The notes under the pieces: generated by a model | Database searches by the model: none | Told to the model about the DNA's origin: nothing | What the model saw: only the letters and a program-made list of their open reading frames with translations | Position numbers and translations under genes: made by a program | In this document: one piece after another, positions 57,414-64,000 of the stretch | Layout: every line of letters begins with the position of its first letter | Numbering within the stretch: position 1 is the stretch's first letter | From: an uncultured Eubacteriales bacterium | GTDB taxonomy: Bacteria > Bacillota > Clostridia > HGM11514 | Direction: 5' to 3' | DNA: 64,000 nt | NCBI GenBank assembly: GCA_902492655.1 | Contig: CABUMF010000007.1 | Location: 1,191-65,190, forward strand

Positions 57414-57570
57414 AAAACGCACACACCGCATAAAGCACAAAAATCAAAAATAATTTACGGATAACAGCGGACAAAAGCATAAACTTGTCAGCATGAAAAT
57501 CCGTAATATGTTGTTTCCTAAAATCAAAACGCTTTATGCTATGCACTGTTTTTCTTCACCCCATTTAAAC
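57414..57570 (+). repeat. A-element copy 2 followed by truncated B-element tail
   Basis: A2 ends with tttatgctatg then cactgtttttcttcacccc (3' end of B). Confidence 0.5.
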
Positions 57571-57574
57571 CATG

Positions 57575-57610
57575 ATAACACAAAAAGCCGCGGATTTTTT
57601 CCGCGGCTTT
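57575..57610 (-). terminator. Terminator of rpsF-ssb-rpsR operon
   Basis: Hairpin aaagccgcgg..ccgcggcttt + U-run on minus strand. Confidence 0.55.
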
Positions 57611-57622
57611 GGTTAATTACAA

Positions 57623-57868
57623 TCAATCTGTTGTGAAAGGCAAAAGTGCGATGTGTCTTGCCCTCTTGATAGCTTCTGTAAGCTGTCTCTGATGCTGAGC
57701 GCAAGTACCTGTAATTCTGCGTGGCAGAATTTTAGCTCTATCGGAGATATATCTGCGAAGCTTAGCAACATCCTTATAATCAATGCTTTCAGCCTTTTCA
57801 ACACAAAAAGCACAAACCTTTTTCTTAGGCTTACGACCTCTCATGGGTTTCTGTTCTCTTTCAGCCAT
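57623..57868 (-). CDS. rpsR: 30S ribosomal protein S18
   Basis: 81 aa, typical S18 sequence (CAFCVEK...[21 protein letters not shown]). Confidence 0.9.
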   Translation of the reverse strand: MAEREQKPMRGRKPKKKVCAFCVEKAESIDYKDVAKLRRYISDRAKILPRRITGTCAQHQRQLTEAIKRARHIALLPFTTD

Positions 57869-57894
57869 TTGTAAATTCCTCCAATCCTTAATAA

Positions 57895-58344
57895 TTAAAA
57901 CGGAAGTTCTGCATCGTCAATCGGCATAAAATTATCGTCAAAATCCATGGTCTTATCGGGTTCGGAGGGCGCCGGAGCCGATTGAGCCGGCTGAGCAACA
58001 GGTGACGGAGCTGAATCTCTGTCCTTTTTGCTTTCGCCGAAATGCACCTCTTCAGCGACAACATCCATACCGTATTGAGTTTTGCCGTCCTTATCCTCCC
58101 ATCTTCTCGACTGGAGAGAGCCGACAACAACCATAAGCTGACCTTTTTTGAACCATTTGCCGATAAATTCAGCCGTTGAACGGAAAGCGACAATGTTGAT
58201 AAAATCGGTCTGTCTTTCCTCGCCCTGCTTCACATAGCTTCTCTGAACGGCGAGCGTAAACCTGACAACCGCAACACCTGCAGTGCTGAAACGCATTTCA
58301 GGGTCATTGGTCAATCTTCCCATTAACATAACTTTATTCAGCAT
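57895..58344 (-). CDS. ssb: Single-stranded DNA-binding protein
   Basis: [19 protein letters not shown]... OB-fold and acidic C-terminal tail DDAELPF; start at 58344 with GGGAGG RBS. Confidence 0.85.
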   Translation of the reverse strand: MLNKVMLMGRLTNDPEMRFSTAGVAVVRFTLAVQRSYVKQGEERQTDFINIVAFRSTAEFIGKWFKKGQLMVVVGSLQSRRWEDKDGKTQYGMDVVAEEVHFGESKKDRDSAPSPVAQPAQSAPAPSEPDKTMDFDDNFMPIDDAELPF

Positions 58345-58389
58345 AAAATAACCTCCCGTTATGCGGAAAAACCGCACCTTCCAAGCGAA

Positions 58390-58680
58390 TTACTTCTTGA
58401 TAACAATACTTCTCAGAATACCGTCTGTGATCTTGTAAATACGTTCAAGCTCAGCCGGGAAATCGGGCTTAGAGCTGAAGTTAGCAAGAACATAGTAACC
58501 GTCTTCAAAGTCATTGATAGGATAAGCAAGTCTTCTTTTACCCCAAACATCAACGCTTTCGAGAGTACCTGCAGATTCGATCAATGATGAGAACTTGTCA
58601 ACAAGTGCCTGAGTTTCCTCCTCGGATAAAGAGGGATTTAAAACGAAAATCGTTTCGTACTTGTTAATAACTTCTACCAT
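58390..58680 (-). CDS. rpsF: 30S ribosomal protein S6
   Basis: 96 aa, YETIFVLNPSLSEEE typical of S6. Confidence 0.9.
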   Translation of the reverse strand: MVEVINKYETIFVLNPSLSEEETQALVDKFSSLIESAGTLESVDVWGKRRLAYPINDFEDGYYVLANFSSKPDFPAELERIYKITDGILRSIVIKK

Positions 58681-58772
58681 TTGCGTTCACCTCCTTTTGG
58701 ACTTTGGCCCCAAATTTTGGAGCAAGGATTAAATTACATACACACATATTATACTATATTTTAACCCATATG

Positions 58773-59546
58773 TCAACATTTTTTTATGCTTTCGAGCAAT
58801 TTTTTTGAAAGATTAACCATATCGGGGGTATTAAGGCTGTTTAGTATCTCGATATTTCCGCAAATTCCCTGTTCTTTTTTGATTCCGGCCTCTACGAGCC
58901 TTCGTTTTGTTTCCTTTGCGGTGCCGAGGCCGCCGTCAAAAATCTTAACGCCGTCCCCCATGATTTTTGCAATCTCGTCCTTTACAAAGGGATAATGTGT
59001 GCACCCGAGCACAACCGAGTCAACCTTCCCCACGAAAGGCGAAAGTATGTTTTTAAGGTAATTTACCGTTTTTTCGGAATGGATTTCCCCCTTTTCGATA
59101 AGACCGGCAAGCTCGTGACAGGGAAGCGGAATAACCCGAGCCTTCCCCGAAAAATGCGAAACAAGCTCGCAGAACTTCTCCTCATGAAGGGTAACGGCGG
59201 TTGCCATGCAAAGCACCACCGAATTGCTTTTATACATAATTGCAGGCTTAACGGCAGGCTCAATCCCGATAACGGGAATATCATATTCTTCTCTTAAAAT
59301 GCTTATTGCGGCGCTTGTTGCGGTGTTGCAGGCAATAACCACCGCCTTTGCCCCCGCATCCACCAGCATTTTAATATTTTTTAAGGTAAGCTCCCTTACC
59401 TCCTCCACAGACCTTTCTCCGTAGGGGGCGTTCTTCGAGTCACCGAAATATACATAGTCCTCCTCGGGCATATGGGAAATGAGCTCCGCAAGAACGCTTA
59501 TTCCCCCGACTCCCGAATCAAAAACAGCAATAAAACCGGGCTTCAT
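58773..59546 (-). CDS. murI: Glutamate racemase
   Basis: VFDSGVGGISVL and ACNTA motifs; start at ATG 59546 (MKPGFIAVFDSGVGG). Confidence 0.85.
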   Translation of the reverse strand: MKPGFIAVFDSGVGGISVLAELISHMPEEDYVYFGDSKNAPYGERSVEEVRELTLKNIKMLVDAGAKAVVIACNTATSAAISILREEYDIPVIGIEPAVKPAIMYKSNSVVLCMATAVTLHEEKFCELVSHFSGKARVIPLPCHELAGLIEKGEIHSEKTVNYLKNILSPFVGKVDSVVLGCTHYPFVKDEIAKIMGDGVKIFDGGLGTAKETKRRLVEAGIKKEQGICGNIEILNSLNTPDMVNLSKKLLESIKKC

Positions 59547-59674
59547 CACAATTACCTTCCAACAAAAACAATTTATATTAAACAGTATAACGCATTTTTG
59601 CGGATTTTTCAATAGGTTTTGCGGAATATTAACCGAAACTTAAAAATACAATCAAAAAAGAGGAGGTCGGGGCG

Positions 59675-60508
59675 ATGCAATATGTATTGTTTTTCATAGG
59701 GGTTGCGGTTTTTTCGGTGTGTCAATGTCTGTTTACCGCGGCGGTATGCGGACAAAAAAGATTTCGGATAACGCTGTGTTTATCGTACATTCTGCCTGTC
59801 ATTTTATTGATTTCTCTTTTTTCCGAAAGTAAAAGCCCGGATATTTCCTGCCTTCTCCCCATAAGCGCGGCAAGCTTTATACCGGGTTTTGTAGTCCCGC
59901 TTATCCTTATTTTTCGGGGAAACACTCCCTGCGATACAAAAAACACCTTCAAGCTTATCTGCCTTACGGCGAGCTCGGCATTTGTGTGGATTGCATCGTA
60001 CTTTAAGGTCAGCGTTTTCACGATGCTGTTTTGCGCATTGCTGTATGCGGCGTATCTTATTTTCACCGATGAAAATAAAACCTCGGAAATTTCCCGTCAG
60101 CCCTTCAGGGTATATTCGATATTGTTTTCCGTTCCGGGCATTGCCTTAGGGTGTGTCATGACCGTAAAATACAGTATTATTCTGACCTCCGGCACCGTAC
60201 CGGTTCGTTACGCCGTACTGCTTATCACAGCCCTTTGCGGAGGATTTTCGTTTATATATTTGAAGGATAGGCTTAATATGTCCCGACTTTTTGATATTTC
60301 CGCAGGGCTGATTTTACTGGGCTTTCCTTCTTGCAGGATACTCCGAAGCACGGCGGTTTTGATACCCGAAAGCATATTTCGAACCGAAATACCCTTCATG
60401 CTGATGCTGTATCTTCTGTTGACCTCCGCCGCAATAATCGGCAAAAAGCACACAAGAGTCCTGGGAATAATAATGCTGCTTCTTTTCCTCGTCAGAATTT
60501 GTTTATAA
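59675..60508 (+). CDS. Polytopic membrane protein of unknown function
   Basis: 277 aa, about 8 hydrophobic segments. Confidence 0.45.
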   Translation: MQYVLFFIGVAVFSVCQCLFTAAVCGQKRFRITLCLSYILPVILLISLFSESKSPDISCLLPISAASFIPGFVVPLILIFRGNTPCDTKNTFKLICLTASSAFVWIASYFKVSVFTMLFCALLYAAYLIFTDENKTSEISRQPFRVYSILFSVPGIALGCVMTVKYSIILTSGTVPVRYAVLLITALCGGFSFIYLKDRLNMSRLFDISAGLILLGFPSCRILRSTAVLIPESIFRTEIPFMLMLYLLLTSAAIIGKKHTRVLGIIMLLLFLVRICL

Positions 60509-61088
60509 GGCTCATGGCGGCATCGACTATTTTGAAGCGTATGATTACAGGGAGGTTGTCGTCTGTTATAAGCTTAAAATCGCTTTCGGAGAGGTTTTCC
60601 TTTAAGTATTCCAATGAAGCCTCATCGAGGGAGCCGCCCTTTGAAAGGCAAAGGGGCGGAAACATAACGCACCACCAGTTTTCGCCTTCCGCCTTCCCTA
60701 TTTTTATTCTGTAGGCGTCATAGCGTCCGGAGGGAAGGCGAATATTTCCGTAGCTTTTTTCGGGGAATGAAAATTTCCCGTATTCCACCTCTGTTTTGTA
60801 ATCATAACCCGAGCTTTTTATAACCCTGTCTGCGGTATTTTTAATTCTGTCGCGGTTTTCGGTGAGAATTTTTTCCGACTCCGCCTTTGAAAGCGAGCCC
60901 ACCGAAAGCTTTTCAACCTCGCAAAGCACGGCGTCTCTTACCTTGAGCTTTAACGCCTGATCCTCCTTTGAGTCGCTGTTTGCGACAACATGGAACCTTA
61001 TAATGCTCCCCGACAAGTCCTCGTTAACAAAAAATGCATATGCAAAAATCAAGGAAGCAACAATAATAACATACAAAATTTTTTTCAT
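60492..61088 (-). CDS. spoIIR: Stage II sporulation protein R
   Basis: Signal anchor then IRFHVVANSDSKEDQALKLKVRDAVL matching SpoIIR signature. Confidence 0.7.
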   Translation of the reverse strand: MKKILYVIIVASLIFAYAFFVNEDLSGSIIRFHVVANSDSKEDQALKLKVRDAVLCEVEKLSVGSLSKAESEKILTENRDRIKNTADRVIKSSGYDYKTEVEYGKFSFPEKSYGNIRLPSGRYDAYRIKIGKAEGENWWCVMFPPLCLSKGGSLDEASLEYLKENLSESDFKLITDDNLPVIIRFKIVDAAMSLINKF

Positions 61089-61205
61089 AATATCAACTCC
61101 GTTTTAAATGATTATTGCCTGCCGTACAAAAATTATACAAATCTGTTGAATTTTTCGGGGAAAAGGTGTATAATAGATGAAAGACAACCCGAACGGAGAA
61201 GAAAA

Positions 61206-62069
61206 ATGAAGGTTAAAAGCTATGCGAAAATAAATATATCCCTCGATGTGATAAACAAAAGAGAGGACGGATACCACAATCTCAGGATGATAATGCACTC
61301 GGTGGAGCTTTCGGACGATATTGAAATTAATATAAACGGGAGCAAAAGGATAAGCGTTTCCACAAACCTGCATTATTTGCCCGACAATAAAAAGAACCAC
61401 GCATATCGTGCGGCGGAGCTGTTTTTTGAACATACCGGGATAGAAAACCCGGGCATTCATATTGATATATTTAAAAGGATTCCCGTTAGTGCCGGGCTTG
61501 CCGGAGGAAGCTCCGATGCGGCGGCGGTTCTGCGGGCGCTGGACGAAATGTTTTCCGCGTCCCTTAGCCTTCCGGAGCTTGCAAAAATCGGGCTTTTGGT
61601 CGGGGCGGATGTGCCCTACTGCATACACGGCGGAACAATGCTCGCAGAAGGTGTGGGCGAAATTTTAACGCCCCTAAAAAAGATGCCAAAGGCGCCAATC
61701 GTTCTTTCAAAGCCGCCTATAGGGCTGTCAACCCCGAAGGTTTTCTCGGAAATATCGGCTGAAAAGATAAAGCTTCACCCCGATACGGACGGGATAATAA
61801 AAGCCCTTGATGCAGGCGATCTTAACGGCATATGCAAAAGGATGTTCAATGTGCTTGAGCCTGCGGCGCAGAGTGTTCTTTCAAAGTCGGGAAACGGCAA
61901 TGCGGTGGAGGAGCTTAAGGAGGTTTTCAGAAACCACAACGCCTGCGGCACGCTTATGAGCGGGAGCGGGCCTACGGTATTCGGGATATTCGAGGATATT
62001 AAAGATGCAAAATGCGCATATAATGCCGCAAAGCGTATTACAAGAGATACATTTCTTACAACAACATAA
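61206..62069 (+). CDS. ispE: 4-diphosphocytidyl-2-C-methyl-D-erythritol kinase
   Basis: MKVKSYAKINISLDV... GHMP kinase motif PVSAGLAGGSSDAAA; track ORF begins further upstream (60990) but RBS GGAG + ATG at 61206. Confidence 0.85.
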   Translation: MKVKSYAKINISLDVINKREDGYHNLRMIMHSVELSDDIEININGSKRISVSTNLHYLPDNKKNHAYRAAELFFEHTGIENPGIHIDIFKRIPVSAGLAGGSSDAAAVLRALDEMFSASLSLPELAKIGLLVGADVPYCIHGGTMLAEGVGEILTPLKKMPKAPIVLSKPPIGLSTPKVFSEISAEKIKLHPDTDGIIKALDAGDLNGICKRMFNVLEPAAQSVLSKSGNGNAVEELKEVFRNHNACGTLMSGSGPTVFGIFEDIKDAKCAYNAAKRITRDTFLTTT

Positions 62070-62320
62070 AAAGTGTGCACCCCGAAAGTCGATGATTTCG
62101 GAGTGCATTTTTTTGTGCCGATATTTTGCTTGTGAAACATATCTTGTTTTCATCGAAAAAAGCAGTATATTACAGAAACTTATAATATTTTTTTATAAAA
62201 TCACTGACAAAGCAAGAAAAAGGGTATATAATACATATAATACAGATAGGATTTATATGATTAGGTGTATTTCAATCCTTTCAAGATGATGTTTTCCTTT
62301 CGGAAAACTTTCATAATGTC

Positions 62321-62355
62321 AATTATTCATTATTCATTATTCATTATTCATTATT
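62321..62355. repeat. Five tandem copies of heptanucleotide (C)ATTATT
   Basis: aattattcattattcattattcattattcattatt read directly. Confidence 0.5.
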
Positions 62356-62366
62356 AATTACAAAAA

Positions 62367-62394
62367 ATCCTACCGCAAGGTAGGATTTTTGTTT
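62367..62394 (-). terminator. Terminator hairpin downstream of tRNA-Leu (bidirectional)
   Basis: aatcctacc-gcaa-ggtaggatt flanked by A/T runs on both sides. Confidence 0.5.
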
Positions 62395-62397
62395 TTC

Positions 62398-62725
62398 TGC
62401 CGCTGACCGGACTTGAACCGGTACGCCGTTGCCGGCGAGGGATTTTCTCACTACTCTATGTCACCATAGCCACGCAAAAATGCGTGTTGTAGTCCGGACT
62501 TGGTCTTTGCCATATCCTTTTTGGGACTTAGGCAGTCGGTGTAAGGTCTCTACACTCACCCCGCATGGGGTTAGCACGGCGTTCTGTTTGCGCCTTCGCC
62601 GTTTTAGCCGACTTCTGCACCGCAGATTTCTTTACGGGCACTCTCTGCGAAAAAACCGCAGACGCATGGATTTCATGCGTGCAAACATCAAAGTCCCTTG
62701 TGTCTGCCAATTCCACCACAGCGGC
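62398..62725 (-). tRNA. tRNA-Leu(UAA) gene interrupted by a 244-nt intron between U34 and A35; exons 62691..62725 (35 nt) and 62398..62446 (49 nt)
   Basis: Joined exons GCCGCUGUGGUGGAAUUGGCAGACACAAGGGACUU|AAAAUCCCUCGCCGGCAACGGCGUACCGGUUCAAGUCCGGUCAGCGGCA fold into class II cloverleaf nearly identical to E. coli tRNA-Leu(UAA). Confidence 0.8.
62447..62690 (-). ncRNA. Candidate group I (IC3-like) self-splicing intron, 244 nt, no ORF
   Basis: Inserted at the canonical U34/A35 site of tRNA-Leu(UAA); 5' exon ends in U, intron ends in G; internal hairpins; segments GUGUAGAGAC, CCUAAG, GCUAUGG resemble tRNA group I introns as recalled. Confidence 0.6.
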
Positions 62726-63039
62726 ATCTATTAAGCTTTATAAATTATGCGAAAACCGCAGAATACTGAAAAACCACCGTTTCACGCCTAATAATGATAC
62801 CACATTTAATAAAATTTGTCAATAGCTTTTCAAAAAAAAATAATCGGATCCGAAAATCCAATTATTAAAAAAATATTATAAAAAGGAGGGAAAATGAAAA
62901 AACTTATTACATTATTTATGATACCATGTTTTATAGAAAAAATCAAGTCTTAATTTTGTGGATAATTAACAAACCAAGGTATATATTTTTGTGCAAGTTG
63001 AACAAAAGAAGTCTTATTTTGCAATTTTGGCAAAAAAAA

Positions 63040-63066
63040 GAAAGTGCCCGAAAGCACTTTCCGTTT
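63040..63066 (-). terminator. Terminator of 63082.. gene
   Basis: Hairpin aaagtgc-ccgaa-gcacttt + U8 on minus strand. Confidence 0.45.
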
Positions 63067-63081
63067 GTCAAAAATGGAAAA

Positions 63082-64000
63082 TCATTCAAAAGAATTGATT
63101 CTGAAAACCGAAACCGAAATTCCGTCGTTTTCAATCAGGTCTACAAACTCAACCTTTTCAAGAGCCTTTGTGACAGGCTCCATGTTATCCGTGCAATAGG
63201 TAATAAAACAAATTTCGCTGTCCGATTCTTCCGCATCAATTTCGACCGCAAAGTCCTCAGTTGCGCCGGGCAAAAGGGTTTTTGTAACCAAACCGCTGTT
63301 TTTGGTCATCGTCTTATAGTCGCCGTCCTTTTTATATGTTGCGGCAACAAAAGCAATGGTTGCAGTATGCTCGCCCGTATTTTTAACAGAACCGCTGTAA
63401 ATATTTTTGCCGACGCCCGGATTATCCGCTTGAGCTCCGTCAACCGTAAGAGAAATCGGATTTGCAAACGCAATCTTTCCGGTAGGTCTTACAACCAAAG
63501 AGGGTTCGGAATAAACCGTAAGCCCCGTATCGCCGTTTGAATTTACGGGAGTAACGCCGAACTTTATGTACTTTCCGAGGTCTTCTTCCTTAAGTTTATA
63601 GCTGTTTCCTGCGGCAATCCTGGTATAAGTGCCGTTTTCGGAATCGCTGATGTAGAAGGCTTCATCGGATTCTCCCTCGGTGTACATCTTGCACGAAAAA
63701 TTATGTGAGCCAATCGCCATTTTCCCGAGAGTTGTATCCGAGATTTTCACATCGGTTGCGGTAGGATAAATAACGGGCATAGCCTTTTCAACCGCAATAT
63801 AACCGATATTAAGCTGAAGCCCCGTTCCGCCCGTGTTAGGATCTGCATTGTGATCGTCAACGGAAGTCTGATTCAGAACGCCCTCCGCAACAAACTTGTA
63901 TTTTCCGTAAGGAAGGTCAGTCGCAAATATAACACCGCAGCATCTGCCGGTATCTGTCTTCCAGTACATCGCAGATGTACCCGATTTAACGACAGCACCT
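63082..64000 (-). CDS. C-terminal part of a secreted protein with Ig-like beta-sandwich domains (gene continues beyond window end)
   Basis: Open frame continues to position 64000 without start; composition T/S/G/D-rich beta-strand protein. Confidence 0.55.
   Translation of the reverse strand, partial: GAVVKSGTSAMYWKTDTGRCCGVIFATDLPYGKYKFVAEGVLNQTSVDDHNADPNTGGTGLQLNIGYIAVEKAMPVIYPTATDVKISDTTLGKMAIGSHNFSCKMYTEGESDEAFYISDSENGTYTRIAAGNSYKLKEEDLGKYIKFGVTPVNSNGDTGLTVYSEPSLVVRPTGKIAFANPISLTVDGAQADNPGVGKNIYSGSVKNTGEHTATIAFVAATYKKDGDYKTMTKNSGLVTKTLLPGATEDFAVEIDAEESDSEICFITYCTDNMEPVTKALEKVEFVDLIENDGISVSVFRINSFE

Noticed and set aside
60990-61205. 5' extension of the ispE ORF (track start 60990)
   Set aside because: The upstream part overlaps convergent spoIIR and lacks an RBS. 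The conserved IspE N-terminus begins at ATG 61206, which has a GGAG RBS and an extended -10 upstream.
62398-62725. Possibility that this tRNA-like region is tmRNA (ssrA), or RNase P RNA
   Set aside because: The acceptor stem lacks the G3-U70 alanine identity pair. No plausible tag-peptide reading frame ends in a hydrophobic -AA. The two tRNA-like halves assemble into a perfect tRNA-Leu(UAA) when 244 nt are removed, which explains the structure better. The ACAGAA-like string is in the wrong position for RNase P P4.
62429-62734. Track ORFs 62429..62734 (+), 62528..62719 (-) and 62565..62825 (+)
   Set aside because: They lie entirely within the tRNA-Leu/intron RNA gene. They are Arg/Cys-rich low-complexity translations with no RBS.
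62926-63540. Track ORF 62926..63540 (+, 204 aa)
   Set aside because: It is antisense to the better-supported secreted-protein gene 63082..64000 and has no RBS.

Overview
This 64 kb window looks like the chromosome of an anaerobic, spore-forming Firmicute (Clostridia-like). Supporting cues are spoIIR, S-layer-homology (SLH) anchors, Cu-amine-oxidase-N 'stalk' domains and an Hdr/Flx-type electron-bifurcation cluster. All calls come from reading the sequence and the ORF track; no database search was run.

Gene content from left to right (all minus strand unless marked +):
- 1..6950: Fe-S flavoprotein cluster hdrB-hdrC-hdrA-mvhD(flxD)-flxC-flxB-flxA-like, plus a partial SdhB-like Fe-S gene at the window edge.
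- 7075..7716: secreted Cu-amine-oxidase-N-domain protein.
- 7773..15135: aromatic amino-acid operon aroF-tyrA-aroB-aroA-aroC-pheA-aroE/aroK. Its roughly 200-nt leader contains a 28-codon Tyr/Phe-rich leader peptide followed by an intrinsic terminator, i.e. a classic ribosome-mediated attenuator.
- 15435..31741: a locus of four secreted proteins plus an AraC regulator (+). It holds an 879-aa protein, a 2909-aa SLH-anchored giant and two 556/557-aa paralogs. They share an unrecognised roughly 400-aa N-terminal domain and an unrecognised roughly 90-aa C-terminal domain. Kilobase-scale DNA repeats between the genes suggest recent duplication or gene conversion.
- 31872..34693: trkH-trkA.
- 34834..38716: YgjV-like membrane protein (+), GH36-like alpha-galactosidase, fucO.
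- 38717..41880: AT-rich islet carrying a type II restriction-modification pair, abutting the 3' end of a tRNA-Ser(GGA) gene.
- 42204..45702 (+): kduI (with a 240-aa N-terminal extension), kduD and a GH88 unsaturated glucuronyl hydrolase. A convergent secreted beta-helix protein lies at 45740..48097.
- 48681..49596: lipoprotein and a low-molecular-weight tyrosine phosphatase.
- 50023..54960: sugar ABC transporter (binding protein, permease, ATPase) and a divergent AraC regulator (+).
- 55167..57148 (+): oadB-oadG-like Na+-decarboxylase membrane subunits and a ThuA-like gene. oadB is preceded by a promoter, a structured riboswitch-like leader and a terminator. A decayed second copy (leader plus oadB fragment) sits at 48.2 kb, and the stems of the two leader copies differ by compensatory substitutions.
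- 57623..59546: rpsR, ssb, rpsF, murI.
- 59675..62069: membrane protein (+), spoIIR, ispE (+).
- 62398..62725: a tRNA-Leu(UAA) gene split by a 244-nt ORF-less group I-like intron between U34 and A35.
- 63082..64000: partial secreted protein.

Most notable observations:
- The intron-containing tRNA-Leu(UAA).
- The aromatic leader-peptide attenuator.
- The duplicated riboswitch-like oadB leader.
- The surface-protein family locus built on two unrecognised shared domains.
- Short structured repeat elements found in 3' UTRs at 37.4 kb and 57.2 kb.
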